Below are positions 59,469 to 64,000 of a DNA stretch of 64,000 nt, piece by piece. A program made the position numbers and the translations under genes. Source of the DNA: an uncultured bacterium. Its GTDB lineage: Bacteria > Desulfobacterota_D > UBA1144 > Nemesobacterales > UBA2774. Positions within the stretch are counted from its first letter, which is position 1. Each line of letters begins with the position of its first letter. The DNA is taken from contig CAWGRW010000009.1 in NCBI GenBank assembly GCA_963825135.1, positions 2,080,001-2,144,000 on the forward strand. The letters are read 5' to 3'. The notes beneath the pieces were generated by a model. The model ran no database searches, had not been told where the DNA came from, and was given only the letters and a program-made list of their open reading frames with translations.

Positions 59469-60588
59469 TTGTCCAAATTAACCGTAGGAGTGATATTTGG
59501 CGGGAGGTCGGTGGAGCATGAGGTATCGCTCCTGTCGGCGAAGTCGATAATCAGGAATTTGGACCCCCGGAAGTACGAGGTGCTCCCTATATTCATCGGG
59601 AAGAGCGGAATCTGGCGAAGGGCTTCCGTCTCTTCATGGCTCGAGGGGGGCGGCCTCGAGATCTCGGGCGACTCGATTCTGTCGCCGTCGCTCAATCCAG
59701 GAAATCACCTATTTTACGAGATATCGGAGCGGGAAGCTCGTTTCCGAGCACAAGGTCGATGTAATATTCCCTGTCCTTCACGGCACGTATGGGGAAGACG
59801 GCGCGGTGCAGGGTATGTTCGAGCTCATGGGGATACCTTATGTCGGCGCCTCGGTGCTGGGTTCTTCCGTGGGTATGGACAAGATAGTGATGAAGGCCCT
59901 GCTTAAGGACTCGGGGCTTCCCGTTCCGGAGTATCTGGGTTTTTATAAATCCGACTGGGTATCGGGAAAGAGCGCAGTGAGGTCGGGCATATTGAAAAAG
60001 ATCGGGCTCCCCTGTTTCGTCAAATCGGCGGACCTGGGATCGAGCGTCGGAATTTCCAAGGTATGGAGGGAAGAAGAGCTCGACGGAGCTGTCGATTATT
60101 CCTGCCGTTTTTCAAAAAGGGTAATCGTCGAGCGGGCCGTGAAGAAGCCCAGGGAAATCGAGGTAAGCGTGCTCGGGAACGAATATCCGCGGGCGTCCTG
60201 TCCCGGGGAAATAGTGCCTCACAGGGAATTCTATGACTACACGGCCAAGTATCTCGAAGAGGGGACAGGGCTTATCGCCCCCGCCGGGCTCGACGAGGCG
60301 ATATCGGAAAGGCTGCGGGATTACGCGGTGCGCACGTTCAGGGCTCTTGACTGCTGCGGGATGGGAAGGGTGGATTTCCTCCTCGAGGAAGGGACGGGGG
60401 AAATTTTCGTGAGCGAGATAAACACGATTCCGGGATTCACGCAGATAAGCATGTACCCCCGTCTGTGGGAGGTAAGCGGTATGAGCTACGGCGAGCTTGT
60501 AGACAGTCTTATAGAGCTTGCCCTGGAGAGGCGGAGGCAGGCTGACGCCCTCGAATCCGATTTTTCGGAAATCGGCGGGAAAGAGTAG
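59469..60588 (+). CDS. ddl: D-alanine--D-alanine ligase (frameshift near 59727)
   Basis: FGGRSVEHEVS, then in a shifted frame FPVLHGTYGEDG, GSSVG and EINTIPGFT. Confidence 0.94.
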
Positions 60589-60850
60589 CGCCGGGTCGGG
60601 GCGTCCTGCCGTATTGTCCCGGTAACGGTTAAATCCCGGTATCTTCAAGAATAACGTTCATAAAAAAAATCCTTTCACGCCGTGCTATAGTCCCGTATTC
60701 TTTATCTCTCCGGAACCGGGATATCTGATTTCCTTGGGTATATTTTAATGATATGCGAATTCACATTTTGACAATAAACTTTTGTAGCGGCGGGACTCCT
60801 TGACACAAAAACGACATAGCGCCTGTTCAACTATTCCGCGAGGTCCTCTA

Positions 60851-63800
60851 ATGAACAAGATTTTACTAGCTCTGTTGTTGTTCTCATTATTCGGAATCAT
60901 GACTGCATCGGCCGAGCCTGCGGGTGAGGGGACGGGGAAGAAGACATCGCCCGACGCACTCATGCTGCAATTCCCCGACGTGAGCGCCGATAAAATAGTC
61001 TTCGTCTATGCGGGGGACATCTGGGTGGTCCCGAAAGCGGGAGGAACAGCCGTCAGGCTGAGCTCGCCAAAGGGAGGCGAGCTATTCCCCAAATTCTCTC
61101 CGGACGGCAGCGAAATCGCCTTCAGCGGGAACTACGACGGCAATACCGACATCTACGTAATGCCGACCGGGGGCGGCGTGCCCAGGAGGCTCACTCATCA
61201 CCCCGACGACGACCTCGTCGCCGAGTGGTACCCGGACGGGAAAAGCATACTCTACCGCTCTAATATGCTCAGCCCCACGCAGCGATACAACAGGCTCTTC
61301 AGGGTCTCCGCGAACGGGGGCATGCCCGAGGCCCTCCCGCTCCCCTTCGGTGAGCTCGGGAGCTTCAGCCCGGACGGGAAGAAACTCGCTTTCGAATACA
61401 TGGCCCCCATGAGGGGGGTTTGGAAAAGGTATAAGGGGGGCATGGCGAGTGATATCTGGATCTACGATTTTACTTCCGGGTCGCTCGACAAGCTGACAGA
61501 CTTTCCGGGCACGGACGCTCTGCCTATGTGGCACGGGGACAGGATTTATTTCCTTTCCGACAGGGGGAAGGAAAAAAAGTTAAACCTGTGGGTTTACGAG
61601 ACCGATACGAAGAAGACGAGGCAGGTTACCGATTACAGCGAGTTCGACGTAAAATGGCCGAGCCTCGGTCCGCAAGACATAGTGTTTGAGAACGGCGGGA
61701 GGATCTACCTTCTGAGCTTATCCGACGAGAGCGTGAGCGAAGTCCCGGTCGAGGTCCCCTATGACCTGCCCGAGGTGCGTCCCCGCCAGAAAGACCTATC
61801 TGAGTATATCTCCGATATGTCTATTTCCCCGAACGGCAAGAGGGCGCTCTTCGAGGCCCGTGGGGAGGTGCTGACCGTTCCCGCGGGAGAGGGGAGCGTA
61901 CGCAACCTTACGAACACCTCAGGCGTAGCCGAGCGTTTCCCGGCGTGGTCGCCCGACGGAAAGTACGTCGCGTATCTCTCCGACAGGTCGGGCGAGTATG
62001 AGCTTTACATGAGGCCCAGTAACGGCGGGGGGCAGGAGGAGAGGATTACCAGGGACGGAAAAGTCTACCGCTACCACCCCGTGTGGTCGCCCGACAGCAG
62101 GAAGCTCGCGTTCAGCGATAAGACGGGAAGTCTTTTTATCGTGGACACCGGCGAAAAGAGCCCCAGGGAGGTGGATAGGGACGAATACGAGAGCATCGGG
62201 ATTTATTCGTGGTCGCCCGACGGGAGGTGGCTCGCTTACGCGAAGAATAACCCGAACAACCTGAAATCAATATATCTATACGATACGAAAAAAGGCGTCA
62301 CCCGCAGGGTTACAAGTGATTTCTATAACAGCAACGGCCCTGTGTTCGACCCCGAAGGTAAGTACCTGTATTTTTTCTCGGACAGGGGCTTTTCACCTGT
62401 TTACGGGGATATGGACGACACGTGGATATACCCCAACTCGACCCAGGTCTACGCCCTGACCCTGAGGAAAGACACGGCGTCGCCGCTCGCGGCCCGGAAT
62501 GAAGATGAAAACGATTCGGGCGGTACGGCGCAAAAGGACAGCGCCGGTAAGGACGGCGTCGTTGCCATCGACTTCGACGGGATTGAGGAGAGGGCGGTCA
62601 AGATACCGGTCAATGCCGGAAACTTCGGGACATTAAGCGCCGCTAACGGCAGGATCGTATATCTACGGTTCCCTCCCGCCGGCAGCGCAGGGCAGGACTC
62701 CCCCAACGGCACACTACAGTTCTTCGACCTGGGAGACCGGAGGGAGAAGACCGTAATACCACGCATTAACGACTACGCGCTTTCAGCGAACGGCGCGAAA
62801 GCGCTCTACCACTCGGGAGACACTTACGGGATCATTGACCTCGCCGAGGGAAAAAACCCCGGAGACGGGTCGATCGATCTCTCCGGAATGAAGACGTTTA
62901 TCGACCCGAGGAAGGAATGGGCTCAGATATTCAACGACGCCTGGCGCATAGAGAGAGACTTCTTCTATGACCCGGGCATGCACGGGGTCGACTGGGAAGC
63001 AGTGAGGGACAGGTACAAAAAGCTCCTCCCTTACATAGTGGACAGGGAAGACCTCAATTACGTGATAAGCGAAATGGTGGGCGAGCTCAATTCCTCGCAT
63101 ACATACGTGGGCGGGGGCGACATTGACGAGCCCGAATCGGTGCCTGTCGGTCTCCTGGGCATAGATTTCGAGCTCGATAAGAAGAATAACGCCTACAGGA
63201 TAAAGAAAATATACAGCGGCGGAGAATATAACGCCGATCTTTACTCTCCGCTTGCGGAGCCCGGAATAAAGGCGGCTGCTGGGGATTACATACTGGCGGT
63301 AAACGGCAAACCCATCGATACGTCGATCGACCCATGGGCGTCTTTTCAGGGGCTTAGCGGGGACACCGTTACATTATCGGTGAACTCCGCTCCCGATATC
63401 AAAACCGCCAGGGAAATTACGGTTAAAGTGATTTCGGATTCGGACGAGCAGAAGCTCAGGTATCTCGACCGCATACTGGAGAATAAGAAGAAGGTGGAGA
63501 AAGCCACCGGGGGGAGGGCGGGATACGTCTACGTCCCGGATACGGGCGTCCTCGGACAGAACGAGCTCGTGCGTCAGTATAGACCTCAGACGGATAAGGA
63601 AGGGATGATTATAGACGAGAGGTTTAACGGAGGCGGGCAGGTGCCCGACCGTTTTGTAGAGCTCCTCAACAGGCCGCTCCTCAATTACTGGGCGGTGCGG
63701 AATTTCAAAGACTCGAAGACCCCTTCGGTCTCGAATAACGGGCCGAAGGTGATGATGATAAACGGGTGGTCGGGCTCGGGCGGAGACGCCTTTCCCTATT

Positions 63801-64000
63801 ACTTCCGTAAAACGGGACTCGGACCTATAGTCGGCACCAGGACCCTCGGAGGGCTTATCGGCATAAGCGGGAACCCGGGTCTCATAGACGGCGGTTTCAT
63901 TACGGCCCCGGGCTATGCGTTCTGGAACTCCCACGGGAAGTGGGAGATAGAGGGGTACGGTGTGGACCCGGATTACAATGTCGAAGACCTGCCCCCGAAT
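60851..64000 (+). CDS. Tricorn-type S41 protease (runs off the window end; absent from the ORF track)
   Basis: ATG at 60851 with a signal peptide, PD40-like repeats (FSPDG, WSPDG), GELNSSH, IDERFNGGG and GSGGD; still in frame at base 64000. Confidence 0.94.
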   Translation, partial: MNKILLALLLFSLFGIMTASAEPAGEGTGKKTSPDALMLQFPDVSADKIVFVYAGDIWVVPKAGGTAVRLSSPKGGELFPKFSPDGSEIAFSGNYDGNTDIYVMPTGGGVPRRLTHHPDDDLVAEWYPDGKSILYRSNMLSPTQRYNRLFRVSANGGMPEALPLPFGELGSFSPDGKKLAFEYMAPMRGVWKRYKGGMASDIWIYDFTSGSLDKLTDFPGTDALPMWHGDRIYFLSDRGKEKKLNLWVYETDTKKTRQVTDYSEFDVKWPSLGPQDIVFENGGRIYLLSLSDESVSEVPVEVPYDLPEVRPRQKDLSEYISDMSISPNGKRALFEARGEVLTVPAGEGSVRNLTNTSGVAERFPAWSPDGKYVAYLSDRSGEYELYMRPSNGGGQEERITRDGKVYRYHPVWSPDSRKLAFSDKTGSLFIVDTGEKSPREVDRDEYESIGIYSWSPDGRWLAYAKNNPNNLKSIYLYDTKKGVTRRVTSDFYNSNGPVFDPEGKYLYFFSDRGFSPVYGDMDDTWIYPNSTQVYALTLRKDTASPLAARNEDENDSGGTAQKDSAGKDGVVAIDFDGIEERAVKIPVNAGNFGTLSAANGRIVYLRFPPAGSAGQDSPNGTLQFFDLGDRREKTVIPRINDYALSANGAKALYHSGDTYGIIDLAEGKNPGDGSIDLSGMKTFIDPRKEWAQIFNDAWRIERDFFYDPGMHGVDWEAVRDRYKKLLPYIVDREDLNYVISEMVGELNSSHTYVGGGDIDEPESVPVGLLGIDFELDKKNNAYRIKKIYSGGEYNADLYSPLAEPGIKAAAGDYILAVNGKPIDTSIDPWASFQGLSGDTVTLSVNSAPDIKTAREITVKVISDSDEQKLRYLDRILENKKKVEKATGGRAGYVYVPDTGVLGQNELVRQYRPQTDKEGMIIDERFNGGGQVPDRFVELLNRPLLNYWAVRNFKDSKTPSVSNNGPKVMMINGWSGSGGDAFPYYFRKTGLGPIVGTRTLGGLIGISGNPGLIDGGFITAPGYAFWNSHGKWEIEGYGVDPDYNVEDLPPN

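Noticed and set aside
61082..63934. Several minus-strand ORFs
   Set aside because: All are antisense to the unlisted tricorn protease frame.

Overview
A gene-dense bacterial chromosomal window of moderately high GC. No rRNA, tRNA or CRISPR array was recognised. 1-4.4 kb holds a sigma54 promoter driving a STAS / ECF sigma / zinc-finger anti-sigma set, with a divergent FhlA-type activator. 4.4-23.5 kb is a long minus-strand glucan, glucose and redox cluster: glycogen debranching enzyme, GH63-type glucosidase, FMN reductase, VOC protein, GMC oxidoreductase, DM13 proteins, MsrB, TMEM175, a nucleotidyltransferase, gluconolactonase, two HbpS/GlcG proteins, an aquaporin with a Cys/His tail and glucose dehydrogenase. 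25.9-31.5 kb is the most unusual locus: a PAS-GAF-PAS-GAF protein with a degenerate, HTH-less sigma54 AAA+ domain, followed 18 bp later by a degenerate acyl-CoA-synthetase (ANL) domain fused to a diadenylate-cyclase (DAC) domain. The rest contains secreted Cys-rich and repeat proteins, a SCO/multicopper oxidase pair, a 1.38-kb IS3-end-bounded cassette with a 4-bp target duplication carrying an RTX-CAP gene, and housekeeping genes (obgE, hemH, hemD-hemE, lysA, thiolase, ddl, tricorn protease). Six genes between 40.9 and 59.8 kb each carry a single +1 frameshift, most likely sequencing errors. All family assignments come from motif recognition by eye, not database searches.
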